DNA of 64,000 bases from Succinivibrio sp. Lineage in GTDB: Bacteria > Pseudomonadota > Gammaproteobacteria > Enterobacterales > Succinivibrionaceae. Positions 19,541 through 29,832 of the stretch are shown here, in pieces. The notes below the pieces were generated by a model. It worked only from the letters and a program-made list of their open reading frames with translations. It was not told the DNA's origin and did no database searches. The stretch's first letter is position 1. Each line of letters opens with the position of its first letter. The DNA is taken from contig JAILLS010000049.1 in the NCBI GenBank assembly GCA_024693025.1, positions 16,740 through 80,739 of the forward strand, read 5' to 3'. The position numbers were made by a program, and so were the translations under genes.

Positions 19541-19777
19541 AGCACTCAAATGGTTAACTGTTTAAAATTGGCTTAATTTTAACATAAAGCGCGCAAAAAA
19601 CCTGGTTTACTCTCGGTTATTGTCCCCGCAGTACTAGACTTTAACTTAGGATTAAGCATAGAATTCTAGGCAATTTAGCTAAAGTTTGACAAATTAAGGT
19701 GTCACCTCCGCTTCCGGCCTTACCCTGCATGCTCTTACCCACAGCAGGACAGGACTGAGGCTGAGGTTTCTGTAAAT

Positions 19778-20821
19778 ATGCACTTACCCTCAAAAATCTG
19801 TATTTTAAGACTGACAGCCCTTGGTGACTGCATCAATGCCTACGGACTCGTCTGCGCTCTGCTAAGAGCACACTCTGAGCTTGAGATAACCTGGGTTATA
19901 GATCAGCGCTTTATCTCCCTGTTCAGCGGCAGGACCCAGCCTGAGAGGCTGAACCTCATCGGAGTTGATTTCAGGCAGGGTTTTCTCAAAGCCGTACTGA
20001 AACTCAGACAGGAGCTGAGGGGTGAAGCTTTTGAAGTGCTGCTCAATCTGCAGACCTCACTTAAGGCCTCACTCTGCTCCCTGGCCATTCGGGCCAAACT
20101 GCGCCTTGGCTATGATAAATACCGCTCACGGGAAGGGCAGTGTTTCTTTGTCAACACAAAAGTCCCTTCTCCTGCTAACCCTCACGTACTCGCAGGCTTT
20201 ATGGCCTTTGCCAAGGCCTGCGGCCTGGGCAGTCTGAATCCGAGCTGGGACTTTACCCTCACTAAGGAAGAGCAGGACCTCTATGCCCCTAAATATCAGA
20301 ACAGACCTATGCTGTTAATCTCGCCTGCCTCTGCCAAGAGAGCCAAAAACTGGACCGTGGATGGGTATACGGCGGTAGCCAGGTATGCGCTTGAACAGGG
20401 CTTCTTTATCGTGCTGTCAGGAGGCAGCAGCACTTCTGAGTTAAAGCTGTGTGCAGACATTGCCTCAAGACTGCCGCAGGAGCAGTGCGAGAATCTCTGC
20501 GGCAAAACCAAGCTGCGTGAGCTGCTCTCCCTGGTCAGCTGCGCGACCCTGGTCCTGTGTCCTGACAGTGCCTGCGCCCATCTTGCCTCTGCCTTACATA
20601 TCCCGGTCATCGCCCTGTATGCCGTACATGATCCCAAGCGTGTCGGCACCTGGAATTATCCTCAGCTGTGGGTCTCTGCCTATCAGAAGCTGGCGCATCA
20701 GGAGCTGGGCAACCGCCATATTCCCTGGCGTTACCGGGTGAAAAATCCAAAGGCCATGCAGGAAATTCACCCCCCTGAGGTCATCGCAGCCTTTGATAAA
20801 GCGCTGCAGCTCATCGACTAA
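19778..20821 (+). CDS. Glycosyltransferase family 9 (heptosyltransferase, OpsX/WaaC-like)
   Basis: ICILRLTALGD, GYDK.RSREGQ, ISPAS..AKNW, PDS..AHLA. Confidence 0.85.
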   Translation: MHLPSKICILRLTALGDCINAYGLVCALLRAHSELEITWVIDQRFISLFSGRTQPERLNLIGVDFRQGFLKAVLKLRQELRGEAFEVLLNLQTSLKASLCSLAIRAKLRLGYDKYRSREGQCFFVNTKVPSPANPHVLAGFMAFAKACGLGSLNPSWDFTLTKEEQDLYAPKYQNRPMLLISPASAKRAKNWTVDGYTAVARYALEQGFFIVLSGGSSTSELKLCADIASRLPQEQCENLCGKTKLRELLSLVSCATLVLCPDSACAHLASALHIPVIALYAVHDPKRVGTWNYPQLWVSAYQKLAHQELGNRHIPWRYRVKNPKAMQEIHPPEVIAAFDKALQLID

Positions 20822-20843
20822 GGCTCAATTTAGGAGTAATCCC

Positions 20844-21341
20844 ATGACAAAACAGACTCTGGCCGTATTCCCAGGCACTTTTGATCCCTTCACGCTCGGA
20901 CATCACGACATCGTGCAGCGTTCAGCCAATATTTTTGACAAGGTGCTGATTGCGGTCGCCAACAGCCCGGCTAAGCATACCCTGATGACTCTGGCAGACC
21001 GCGTGACCGCCATTCAGCAGGTCTATGCCGGACAGGAGCAGATCACAGTGATGGGATTTTCGGGCATGCTGGTCGATTTTCTTAAGGAACAGAAGGCTGA
21101 TATTCTAGTCAGAGGAGTGCGAACAGTCGCTGACTATGATTATGAGGTACAGCTGGCGGGAATGTACCGTGCCCTGATGCCGGAGATGGAAATTGTACTC
21201 CTGCCTACCTCAGGACATCTCTCCTATATCTCCTCCACCTTAGTGCGTGAAGTCATTATTCACCACGGCGACATCAGTAAATTTGTGCTGCCGCCTATCG
21301 CTCAGATGGTGGCCCGCAATTACCAGCAGGTGCGCGTTTAA
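20844..21341 (+). CDS. coaD: Phosphopantetheine adenylyltransferase
   Basis: FPGTFDPFTLGH, VRGVR...DYDYE, ISSTLVRE. AGGAG precedes ATG 20844. Confidence 0.96.
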   Translation: MTKQTLAVFPGTFDPFTLGHHDIVQRSANIFDKVLIAVANSPAKHTLMTLADRVTAIQQVYAGQEQITVMGFSGMLVDFLKEQKADILVRGVRTVADYDYEVQLAGMYRALMPEMEIVLLPTSGHLSYISSTLVREVIIHHGDISKFVLPPIAQMVARNYQQVRV

Positions 21342-21343
21342 CT

Positions 21344-22162
21344 CTATTTCTGGCAATGCGGACAGAAAAAGGTGGTCCGCTGTCCCTGAGTTAGGGTTTC
21401 AATCGGGGTACCGCATCTGGGACAGGGTTCTCCCTTATGTCCGTACACATTGAGATTGAGGACAAAATACCCCTGTTTGCCGTCCGCTCCCGAGAAATCG
21501 CGAATGGTAGTACCGCCCTTGGCAATGGCTGCCTCTAAGATGCTGCGAATCGCCTCGACGAGCTGCTCACACTCGGCCCGTGTCACCCTGTTTGCCGGAC
21601 GGGCAGGAGCAATCCCCGTACTGAACAGGACCTCATTGGCATAGATATTGCCGACTCCTACCACCAGATGATTGTCCATCAGCGCCTGTTTAATGGCGAT
21701 CTTTCGTTTGTGCAGGACATCGTGCAGATAGTCTGCGTTAAAGCTTGCAGCAAAAGGCTCCGGACCTAAGCTGCTAAGATGCCTGTCCTGCTCAAAGGGA
21801 GTATGCGGCGCAATATAGCTCACCAGGCCAAATCTGCGGATATCATTGAATCTGACAAGCTGATGATTAGCAAGGTGCAGCGCAAAATGATCATGAGGCT
21901 GAGCCGGGCTGTCCTCAGGTAAGACCCGCAGATGACCGGTCATGCCCAAATGCATGAGCAGAGTCCCCTGCTCGGTCTGAATCAGCAGATACTTGGCGCG
22001 GCGCGACACTTCCGTAATCGTGGCACCCACCAGCTTTTCAAGCTCCTGAGGATAGGGCTCCCGCAACTGATATTCATCATGGGTAATGGCCGCGATCTGA
22101 TTGCCTATCAGGTGCGGATACAGCCCGCGTCTGGTCACTTCAACTTCGGGTAATTCAGGCAT
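21344..22162 (-). CDS. mutM: Formamidopyrimidine-DNA glycosylase
   Basis: MPELPEVE, RRAKYL, HLGMTG, GVGNIYANE and a C-terminal CPRC..FCPHCQ zinc finger. Confidence 0.97.
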   Translation of the reverse strand: MPELPEVEVTRRGLYPHLIGNQIAAITHDEYQLREPYPQELEKLVGATITEVSRRAKYLLIQTEQGTLLMHLGMTGHLRVLPEDSPAQPHDHFALHLANHQLVRFNDIRRFGLVSYIAPHTPFEQDRHLSSLGPEPFAASFNADYLHDVLHKRKIAIKQALMDNHLVVGVGNIYANEVLFSTGIAPARPANRVTRAECEQLVEAIRSILEAAIAKGGTTIRDFSGADGKQGYFVLNLNVYGHKGEPCPRCGTPIETLTQGQRTTFFCPHCQK

Positions 22163-22185
22163 AACACTCCACCTTGACTGCGCAC

Positions 22186-22217
22186 AAAAAAACCCCGTTA
22201 AAGATGCTTAACGAGGT
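22186..22217 (-). terminator. Intrinsic terminator after rpmBG
   Basis: Minus strand ACCTCGTTAA-loop-TTAACGGGGT followed by a T run. Confidence 0.7.
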
Positions 22218-22240
22218 CTTATTACTGTTCTCAGACAAAA

Positions 22241-22411
22241 TTATTTAATCTTGCCTTCTTTGTAGAGGACATGCTTACGTACTACCGGATCAAACTTCAT
22301 CATTTCCAGCTTGCCTGGAGTTGTACGACGATTCTTATCAGTAGTATAGAAATGACCTGTACCAGCTGTAGAATTTAAACGGATTTTCTCACGACCACCT
22401 TTCTTAGCCAT
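22241..22411 (-). CDS. rpmG: 50S ribosomal protein L33 (Cys-free form; too short for the ORF track)
   Basis: Hand translation: [63 protein letters not shown]; directly after rpmB. Confidence 0.97.
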   Translation of the reverse strand: MAKKGGREKIRLNSTAGTGHFYTTDKNRRTTPGKLEMMKFDPVVRKHVLYKEGKIK

Positions 22412-22422
22412 AATGATCTCCC

Positions 22423-22659
22423 TTAAACCTTAGCACCATTTGCGCGCATATCAGCTAAAACTGAATCAATACCAACCTTATCGATGATACGGATAGCTTT
22501 GCTGGTCACACGAAGTCTAACAAAACGGCCTTCACTCTCTACCCAGAAACGATGAAATTTCAGGTTTGGCAGAAAACGACGTTTGGCCGCATTCTTTGCA
22601 TGGGAACGAAGATTTCCCACTATCGGACGTTTGCCCGTCACTTGGCATACTCTGGACAT
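22423..22659 (-). CDS. rpmB: 50S ribosomal protein L28
   Basis: [18 protein letters not shown]...[16 protein letters not shown]. Confidence 0.98.
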   Translation of the reverse strand: MSRVCQVTGKRPIVGNLRSHAKNAAKRRFLPNLKFHRFWVESEGRFVRLRVTSKAIRIIDKVGIDSVLADMRANGAKV

Positions 22660-23083
22660 GTTTGTTCACACTCCAACTATTTAATTGCAAAACTGCAACT
22701 TAGATAAATTCTCGGTTACAAAAAGTGCGCATATTCTAGCACAGCACATGCAGCATAAAGCAACGCGCAGTGCCAACCAAACGAAAAAACTACACACTTA
22801 AGCTTTCAGGTCTGTAGCATCAGTAGACCGTAAAGATAGCAGGCGTTGATTATAGCCTAAAATCCTAAAAAAAGATCAAGATCATGTAAAAAAACTCATA
22901 ATCTTGAATTTAGGCCGTTTTATATTGAAAAATCAGAGAATGATAATCAAGCTGCCGACTGCTGACCTGTTTATTTTAGACAAAAAATTAGTTTTCCGCG
23001 CTTGAAAAACCAACTTTTGCCTATATTCTAGCAATATAGAACAGTTTTATAACCTGAATTTACATAAGTGCGGAGATAAAAAA

Positions 23084-24409
23084 ATGTCGCAAAGACTAAA
23101 AGATAAAAATATCGCGCTGGGAGTTACGGGCGGAATCGCTGCCTATAAGGCAGCTACGCTGTGCAGACTCCTCATCAAGGAAGGAGCACAGGTCCATGTA
23201 CTCATGACCAGGGCCGCCACTGCCATGGTCAGCAGTACCACCTTCGCTGCACTCTCGGGAAATCCTGTCTCAATCGAGGTATTTGAACACCCGGACAGCA
23301 TCTCCCATATTGCTGCAGCCAAGAGTTCTGATCTCATCGTGGTGGCGCCTGCCAGCGCCAATACCCTGGCCAAGATGGCCTGCGGCATGGCAGACAACAT
23401 GGTCACCTGCGCCGTGCTGGCTGCAGACTGCCCAATCGTGCTCTGTCCGGCCATGAACGCCAAGATGTACCTCAATCCGGCTACGCAGCAGAACCTCAAG
23501 ACTCTGGCCTATCGGGGCATGTACATCATGACGCCTAATGAAGGTGAACTGGCCTGCGGAACCTCAGGACCGGGGCGCATGCCGGAACCTGAGGATATTG
23601 TTGAATTCATCTGCAAGGTATTAATGAATAAGAACCTGGCCGGCAGGATTGAGCTCAATGATCACACCATGCTGCCGCCTCCTGAAAAGCCGCTGGAAAT
23701 AGGCCAGACCAAGCTGCTGCCTAAAGCTCAGGGCACCGGGCTTAAGGTACTCATTACCGCAGGTCCGACCGCTGAGGCTTTGGATCCGGTCAGAATCTTT
23801 ACCAACAAGAGCACCGGCAAGATGGGCTTTGCCCTCGCTGAAGCTGCCCGCAACCGCGGTGCAGAGGTAACACTGGTTACAGGTCCGGTCAAGCTCGAGA
23901 CCCCTGCCAGTGTCCGGCGCATCGCGGTCAATTCTGCCATTGAAATGCTGCAGGCTGTGGAGCGCGAGGTAGACCACTGCGATATTGTGATCGGCTGTGC
24001 TGCGGTCTCAGACTATCGTCCTGAGACGGTGGCTCCCACTAAGCTGACTTCAGAGCAGAACGGAGAGACTCTCACCATTCGCATGGTCAAAAACCCGGAT
24101 ATTATTGCCACAGTAGGCAAGCTTGAGAAACACCGTCCTTATACGGTAGGCTTTGCCGCCGAAACAGATCACGAACGCGAGCATGCCTGTGCCAAGTTAG
24201 AGCGCAAGCACCTTGACCTGATCTGTATGAACAATGTGCTGCAGGAAGGGGTAGGTTTCGGTTCGGATGAAAACGAAGTCACCGTGTTTGATCGGGATGG
24301 CGAGGTGGCGCACTACAGCAAGACCAGCAAGACCAAGCTCTCTGAAGAGCTTATCGATCTGATTTTTGCTACCGCCAAGAAATATCTTAAGGAACGGACG
24401 GATGCCTGA
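23084..24409 (+). CDS. coaBC: Bifunctional phosphopantothenoylcysteine decarboxylase/ligase
   Basis: LGVTGGIAAYK, PAMN..M, LACG..G.GRMPEP, ITAGPT.E.LDPVR..TN.STGKMG, GFAAET. Confidence 0.96.
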   Translation: MSQRLKDKNIALGVTGGIAAYKAATLCRLLIKEGAQVHVLMTRAATAMVSSTTFAALSGNPVSIEVFEHPDSISHIAAAKSSDLIVVAPASANTLAKMACGMADNMVTCAVLAADCPIVLCPAMNAKMYLNPATQQNLKTLAYRGMYIMTPNEGELACGTSGPGRMPEPEDIVEFICKVLMNKNLAGRIELNDHTMLPPPEKPLEIGQTKLLPKAQGTGLKVLITAGPTAEALDPVRIFTNKSTGKMGFALAEAARNRGAEVTLVTGPVKLETPASVRRIAVNSAIEMLQAVEREVDHCDIVIGCAAVSDYRPETVAPTKLTSEQNGETLTIRMVKNPDIIATVGKLEKHRPYTVGFAAETDHEREHACAKLERKHLDLICMNNVLQEGVGFGSDENEVTVFDRDGEVAHYSKTSKTKLSEELIDLIFATAKKYLKERTDA

Positions 24410-24860
24410 TCTCAAGGTTAGGCTCAAAGTCCTCGATGAACGTCTGGGCAGGGATTTTCCGTTACCTGCCTATGCCACTTCTGGCAGTGCGGGCGTGGAT
24501 TTACGCGCCATGCTCGAAAGCGACTATACCCTTAAAGCCGGTGAAGTTAAGCTCGTGCCCGCAGGTTTTGCTATATACCTTGAGGATCCTGCGGTCTGCG
24601 CAGCGATTTACCCGCGCTCAGGACTTGGTTTCAGGCAGGGCATTGTGCTCGGCAATCTGACGGGGGTCATTGATTCTGACTATCAGGGTCCGATCCTCAT
24701 GCCGCTGTGGAATCGCTCAGCTGAGCCTTTCAGGCTTGAAGTGGGCATGCGGGTGGCTCAGATGGTATTTATGCCGATTCTCAGAGCAAGTTTCACGCTC
24801 TGTGATGACTTTCCCAGTTCCGAGCGCGGCAGCGGAGGCTTTGGCTCTACCGGCCGCTAA
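24402..24860 (+). CDS. dut: dUTPase
   Basis: SAGVDLRA, PRSGLG, GVIDSDYQG, RGSGGFGSTG. Start at ATG 24402, overlapping the end of coaBC. Confidence 0.97.
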   Translation: MPDLKVRLKVLDERLGRDFPLPAYATSGSAGVDLRAMLESDYTLKAGEVKLVPAGFAIYLEDPAVCAAIYPRSGLGFRQGIVLGNLTGVIDSDYQGPILMPLWNRSAEPFRLEVGMRVAQMVFMPILRASFTLCDDFPSSERGSGGFGSTGR

Positions 24861-24864
24861 ACAA

Positions 24865-24902
24865 AAGGCTCACTTAAACCTAGACTGGTTTCAGTGAGCC
24901 TT
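24865..24902. terminator. Bidirectional terminator between dut and the PII gene
   Basis: AAGGCTCACT-TAAACC...GGTTTC-AGTGAGCCTT inverted repeat between convergent genes. Confidence 0.7.
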
Positions 24903-24940
24903 AATTTTTCGCTAGTTAAGCAGAACCTTGTGCATAACGG

Positions 24941-25279
24941 CTAGCTTTCGCTCTGCTCATCTTTGCTCTGCTTACTTATCGTGTAGGATTCACTGATCGG
25001 GGTCACAAAGATTCTGCCGTCTCCAGGATTGCCATTATCTCCAGACTTGGCATACTGCATAATCAGATCGATCACCGTATCCTTGTCAGCATCTTCAACA
25101 ACCACATAGATCATGATCTTACTCATTTCCTGATAGAGTACATCGCCAACCTTGATCCCCTTCTCCTTACCGCGCCCTGAGACATTCCATTTGGTCATGC
25201 CGTTAAATCCAGCCTCGGTCAGGGCATCCTGAACAGCCATGATCTTTTCTGGACGAATAATCGCTGTAATAGCTTGCAT
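24941..25279 (-). CDS. P-II family signal transducer, NifI1-like
   Basis: MQAITAIIRPEK, GRGKEKGIKVGDVLYQEMSK (short T-loop), GNPGDGRIFVTP. AAGGAG precedes ATG 25279. Confidence 0.9.
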   Translation of the reverse strand: MQAITAIIRPEKIMAVQDALTEAGFNGMTKWNVSGRGKEKGIKVGDVLYQEMSKIMIYVVVEDADKDTVIDLIMQYAKSGDNGNPGDGRIFVTPISESYTISKQSKDEQSES

Positions 25280-25314
25280 AAATATCTCCTTATCCAGCTC
25301 TCTTACTGCTAAGA

Positions 25315-26718
25315 CTAATCCTTTTGCCCAAGCTTGGCACTGTGCTCGGCAAGCAGGGTCTGCCAATCCTTAATTTCACCAGCAGTCTGACCTAAGGCTA
25401 CCCCTCCAAGCACATCACGGGCTGCAAGAATCTTGTCAAAATGCAGATGAGGGTAAACCGTATCATCAATCACCGCACTGAAGCGTCTGAACTCTTCAAG
25501 GCTCAGTTCTTCAAGCGCTTTATGCTGTTCAATCGCATAAAGCACAATCTGACCGACCAGAGAATGGGCTTCTCTGAACGGCAGGTTATGCGCTACCAGG
25601 TAGTCGGCAAGCTCTGTGGCATTGGCATAGCCGCCCTTGGCAGCCTGCAGCGCCTGATCCTCATTGAGTACCAGACCTTCAAAGACTAAGGCGGTCATCT
25701 CGAGGCAGGCAAGCCAGGTATCGACGGCATCAAACAGCCGCTCCTTATCCTCCTGCAGATCCTTATCATAAGCCAAAGGCAGGGCCTTGCAGGTCACGAG
25801 CATGCCCGAAAGAGCTCCAATCACGCGCCCGCACTTGCCGCGGATCAGCTCCAGGGCATCCGGATTCTTTTTCTGCGGCATGAGAGATGAGCCTGAGGTA
25901 ACCTTGTCAGACAGAGTCACAAATTTGGCTTCACCGCTGTTATAGATAATCAGATCCTCAGCCAGACGGGACAGATGAACCATCGAGATCGAAGCGCAGG
26001 ACAGGAGCTCCATGACATGGTCGCGATCTGCTACAGCATCCAGGCTGTTATGGGTAGCATGTTTAAAGCCCAGAGCCTGGGCCAGTTTCTCACGGTCTAT
26101 CGGATAAGCCGTGCCGGCCAGTGCTGCAGAGCCTAAAGGACTGGTCTGCATCAGCTCCTCAGCATTGCTAAGGCGCTGATAGTCGCGCTCCAGCATCTGA
26201 GCATAGGCCAGCACCCAATGGGCAAAGGTTACAGGCTGAGCCCGCTGCAGGTGCGTATAGCCTGGAAAGATGCAGCCCTGATAGCGCTCTGCGGTGGCGA
26301 CCAGCTGCTTCTCCACCTGAATGATAGCCTGCTTGACTTCATGACAGGCCTTCTTGCACCACAGCTTTAGGTCTAAAGCTACCTGATCATTGCGGCTCCT
26401 GCCGGTATGCAGCTTTTTACCCAAATTGCCGATTTTTTCGATTAGACGTCTTTCCACAAAGGAGTGAATATCTTCATCCCCTGCCTGAGCAACCGCCTGA
26501 GGATCAGCGAGCACTTCGCTCTTGAGCTCCTCAAGTGCCTGCTTAAGACTCTGACATTCTGCCGCTGTCAGAACCCCGGCCTGGCAGATAGCCTCAGCCC
26601 AGCATTCTGAGCCTTCGATATCTTCTACTGCCAAACGATAATCAAATTTTAAGGAATCATTAAAATCCTTGAATCTCTGATCCGGTCCTTCCTTAAATCT
26701 TCCGCCCCATAAAGCCAT
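25315..26718 (-). CDS. argH: Argininosuccinate lyase
   Basis: [40 protein letters not shown]. Confidence 0.98.
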   Translation of the reverse strand: MALWGGRFKEGPDQRFKDFNDSLKFDYRLAVEDIEGSECWAEAICQAGVLTAAECQSLKQALEELKSEVLADPQAVAQAGDEDIHSFVERRLIEKIGNLGKKLHTGRSRNDQVALDLKLWCKKACHEVKQAIIQVEKQLVATAERYQGCIFPGYTHLQRAQPVTFAHWVLAYAQMLERDYQRLSNAEELMQTSPLGSAALAGTAYPIDREKLAQALGFKHATHNSLDAVADRDHVMELLSCASISMVHLSRLAEDLIIYNSGEAKFVTLSDKVTSGSSLMPQKKNPDALELIRGKCGRVIGALSGMLVTCKALPLAYDKDLQEDKERLFDAVDTWLACLEMTALVFEGLVLNEDQALQAAKGGYANATELADYLVAHNLPFREAHSLVGQIVLYAIEQHKALEELSLEEFRRFSAVIDDTVYPHLHFDKILAARDVLGGVALGQTAGEIKDWQTLLAEHSAKLGQKD

Positions 26719-26740
26719 GGTAGTCTCTCTCTGATAAAGA

Positions 26741-26772
26741 ACGGCTCAGGGAACTTATGCTCCTTGAGCCGT
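26741..26772 (-). terminator. Hairpin between argG and argH (partial terminator or mRNA stabiliser)
   Basis: ACGGCTCAAGGA-loop-TCCCTGAGCCGT followed by TCTTT on the minus strand. Confidence 0.55.
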
Positions 26773-26792
26773 ATAAATTGTTTTAGATAACT

Positions 26793-28016
26793 TTATTTCT
26801 TATTTTTATTCACAGCGCGAATTCTGGCCGGCAGAGAATAAATACGAATAAAGCCCTCGGCATCACCCTGATTATATACTTCATCAGCCCCGAAGGTCAC
26901 GAAATCGAAATTAAACAGGCTGTTTGGAGAATCCTTCTGAATAATGGACACATTGCCCTTATACAGCTTCACCACCACTTTACCGTTGACGTCATGTGCA
27001 AGTTCATCTGCAGCAGCCTGCAGGATCTCACGCAGTCTGGTGAACCAGCGGCCATCGTAAACCAGAGAGGCAAAGTCTACAGCAAGCTTCTCACGGAATT
27101 CACGGGTAGTCTTGTCCAGCACCAGCTGCTCAATGGCACGCAGAGCATGATAGATAATGGTGCCGCCTGGAGTCTCATAGCAGCCGCGGGACTTCATGCC
27201 CACCAGTCTGTTCTCGGTGATATCGATACGGCCTACACCGTTGCGGGCACCGATGGTATTTAAGGTATCCAACATCTTGAACGGGCTTAAGGCTTCACCA
27301 TTGAGCTCGGTTACAATGCCGTCCTTGATGGTCAGCTCAAAAGTTTCAGGAGTATCTGGAGCCTTCTCCGGGGAGACAGTCCACACCCACACATTTTCAG
27401 AGGCCGCATTCCAGGTATGCTCCAGCTCGCCGCCTTCGGTTGAAATATGCAGCACATTGGCGTCACGGCTGTAGATTTTCTTTAAGGTGGCCTTGCAAGG
27501 AATGTTGCGCTCATTCAGATAAGCAAGTAATTCTTCACGAGACTGCAGATCCCAGAGTCTCCAAGGAGCAATCACATCCAGATTTGGAGCTAAGGCAGCC
27601 ACGGCACTTTCAAAGCGGACCTGATCATTGCCCTTACCGGTGGCGCCGTGAGATACAGCGTCAGCACCTTCAGCTAAAGCCACTTCCACCATGGCTTTGG
27701 CGATCACCGGACGTGCCACGGCAGTACCGAGCAGATAGGTGCCTTCATACAGAGCGCCAGTCTTCATGGTCTCAAACACATAATCGCGAACGAACTCTTC
27801 ACGCAGATCCTTAATCACACACTTGCTAGCGCCTGACTGAATAGCTTTCTGTTCAATGCCCTCCAGATCCTCGCGCTCCTGACCGACATCAGCCACAAAG
27901 CAGATCACCTCACAGCCATAATTCTCTTTCAGCCATGGCACGATGGTTGAGGTATCCAAGCCACCTGAATAAGCCAGGACAACTTTTTTATACTGCTTGT
28001 TTTCGTGTTTTAACAT
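26793..28016 (-). CDS. argG: Argininosuccinate synthase
   Basis: [42 protein letters not shown]. Confidence 0.98.
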   Translation of the reverse strand: MLKHENKQYKKVVLAYSGGLDTSTIVPWLKENYGCEVICFVADVGQEREDLEGIEQKAIQSGASKCVIKDLREEFVRDYVFETMKTGALYEGTYLLGTAVARPVIAKAMVEVALAEGADAVSHGATGKGNDQVRFESAVAALAPNLDVIAPWRLWDLQSREELLAYLNERNIPCKATLKKIYSRDANVLHISTEGGELEHTWNAASENVWVWTVSPEKAPDTPETFELTIKDGIVTELNGEALSPFKMLDTLNTIGARNGVGRIDITENRLVGMKSRGCYETPGGTIIYHALRAIEQLVLDKTTREFREKLAVDFASLVYDGRWFTRLREILQAAADELAHDVNGKVVVKLYKGNVSIIQKDSPNSLFNFDFVTFGADEVYNQGDAEGFIRIYSLPARIRAVNKNKK

Positions 28017-28050
28017 TTAACTAACCTCTATTGTGTTTAGATATTGTGTT

Positions 28051-28953
28051 TTAAATAAGTTTGGAAAGAAGTGACATATGGATATGCAGACGGTTCTCAG
28101 CTTCATCAAAGACCACTGACTTGCTCCCATCCATCACTTCATCGGTAATCTCATAGTTACGGTGAGCCGGCAGACAGTGCAGCACAATCTGTGCACCTGA
28201 AGCATCCACCAGCTGCTGATTGACCTGATAAGGCATATATTTTTTCTTGACACTCTCAAGCGGAGTATTGTCACCCATCGACACCCAGGTATCGGTATAG
28301 AGCACATCAAAGTTTCTGACATGACTCGGATCGCTGTCTACGCACAGTTTGCAGCCATGCTGTCTGGCAAGCTCAGAGGCCTGAGTGAAGATCTGGACAT
28401 CCGGACCGCTGCCCTGAGGACAGAAACAGGTGACATCCACCCCGAGAATGGCTCCTGCCACGCACAGAGAATTGGTGACATTGTTGCCATCGCCTAAATA
28501 GGCCAGCTTAACATTCTGCAATTTGCCCAGATGCTCCTTGACCGTCAGATAGTCGGCCATAGCCTGAGCCGGATGATAAAGATCAGAGAGGGCATTGATC
28601 ACCGGGACTGAACCATAGGCAGCCAGTTCCTCTAAAGTTTTCTGACTATAGACGCGTCCGACCAGACAATCTACCCATCTGCACAGGTTTCTGGCGTAAT
28701 CAGCAATGGTCTCTCTTTTGCCGAGCTCACCATTCTGCAGGTCAAGGTAAACCCCATGACCGCCTAAACGGTAAAAGGCAAGTTCAAAGGTAGTACGCGT
28801 ACGCAGCGATGGCTTTTCAAACATAATCGCCCCACTTTTACCCTTGATTGCTTCAGTATATTTGTGCGGCTCAGCCTTCATGGCTGCAGCAGTCTCCAGA
28901 ATCTCAAGATATTCATCCTGACTAAATTCAAAACCGGTTAACAAATGACGCAT
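28051..28953 (-). CDS. argF: Ornithine carbamoyltransferase
   Basis: FEKPSLRTR, HPAQAMAD, GDGNN, DTWVSMG, HCLPAHR. Confidence 0.95.
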   Translation of the reverse strand: MRHLLTGFEFSQDEYLEILETAAAMKAEPHKYTEAIKGKSGAIMFEKPSLRTRTTFELAFYRLGGHGVYLDLQNGELGKRETIADYARNLCRWVDCLVGRVYSQKTLEELAAYGSVPVINALSDLYHPAQAMADYLTVKEHLGKLQNVKLAYLGDGNNVTNSLCVAGAILGVDVTCFCPQGSGPDVQIFTQASELARQHGCKLCVDSDPSHVRNFDVLYTDTWVSMGDNTPLESVKKKYMPYQVNQQLVDASGAQIVLHCLPAHRNYEITDEVMDGSKSVVFDEAENRLHIHMSLLSKLI

Positions 28954-29102
28954 CTTATTTCCTCGTTGTTATGAGTTTTTAATTTTAACAATATTTATGC
29001 TGAATGAAGCATCTTATTGCCAAGTTGCTCGTAAAAGCCTTTAAGTTGGTCTTATTTTAGCAACTTGACAGCTGCTGAGCACGCTTTTGGTGCAGAGTCA
29101 GG

Positions 29103-29681
29103 TCAAAGATACCCGAGCTTATGCAGCCCCAGGGTCACTGCCGCTATGGAACGCGCTTCAGTCAGCGGCGAGTCCTGTTCAAACACCAGATCCCTAGCTT
29201 CCTGAGGACTGACCTTGATCACCTCTAATGGTTCTGGTTCATCTCCGCTTTTCAGTTCCTGAGGGTAGAGATCCTCACAGAGAAAGACAAACATGCGCAG
29301 GCCCAGCATGCCGGGGGCTACCGTCATCTCCTGTTTAAGCAGGGTCAGGGCTTTGCAGCCTAAGCCAATCTCTTCCTCAAGTTCGCGCACACAAGCTTCC
29401 TTTGGCTGTTCTGCCGCTTCTATCTTGCCTTTGACCAAACCCAGTTCATAGCGTTCAAAGGCTACCCCATATTCTGCAATGAGATAAAAATTCTCACCAT
29501 CATAGGGCAGAGCCATTACCGCGCCACGACCTGCAGGCAGACGCTCATAGGTCATGTTAACGCCGTTGGCAAAACGGAGATCGACTTCCTCAATGGTGAA
29601 AATCCTAGACGCACGATGAGCGCGCACCGCTTTCACCAGCGGGACCGGTTTATGTAGGGAATTCAGATTCATGGATTGCAC
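29103..29681 (-). CDS. nudE: ADP-compounds Nudix hydrolase
   Basis: DLRFANG...YERL, Nudix box G.IE..E....A..RELEEEIG, GDEPEPLE. Divergent from hslR as in enterobacteria. Confidence 0.9.
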   Translation of the reverse strand: MQSMNLNSLHKPVPLVKAVRAHRASRIFTIEEVDLRFANGVNMTYERLPAGRGAVMALPYDGENFYLIAEYGVAFERYELGLVKGKIEAAEQPKEACVRELEEEIGLGCKALTLLKQEMTVAPGMLGLRMFVFLCEDLYPQELKSGDEPEPLEVIKVSPQEARDLVFEQDSPLTEARSIAAVTLGLHKLGYL

Positions 29682-29832
29682 TTGCCTTGCTGTAGCCTAG
29701 CAACATCTTGGGTATTTTACCAAAAAGGCGCGCTTAATGTTATAATTATGCCCCTTAAAGGCTAACCTTACAGGTCACCGTAAAGCAGTTCCCAGCATCC
29801 TATAAGACACAGCAGCAAGAAGAGAAGTTCGT

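Noticed and set aside
28980-29015. Possible ARG box upstream of argF (minus strand CAGCATAAATATTGTT)
   Set aside because: Only a partial match to TGAAT-N4-ATTCA, with no clear tandem partner.
29725-29760. Possible sigma-32 promoter for hslR-hslO (CCCCTTAA)
   Set aside because: No convincing TTGAAA -35; a TATAAT nearby is a simpler explanation.
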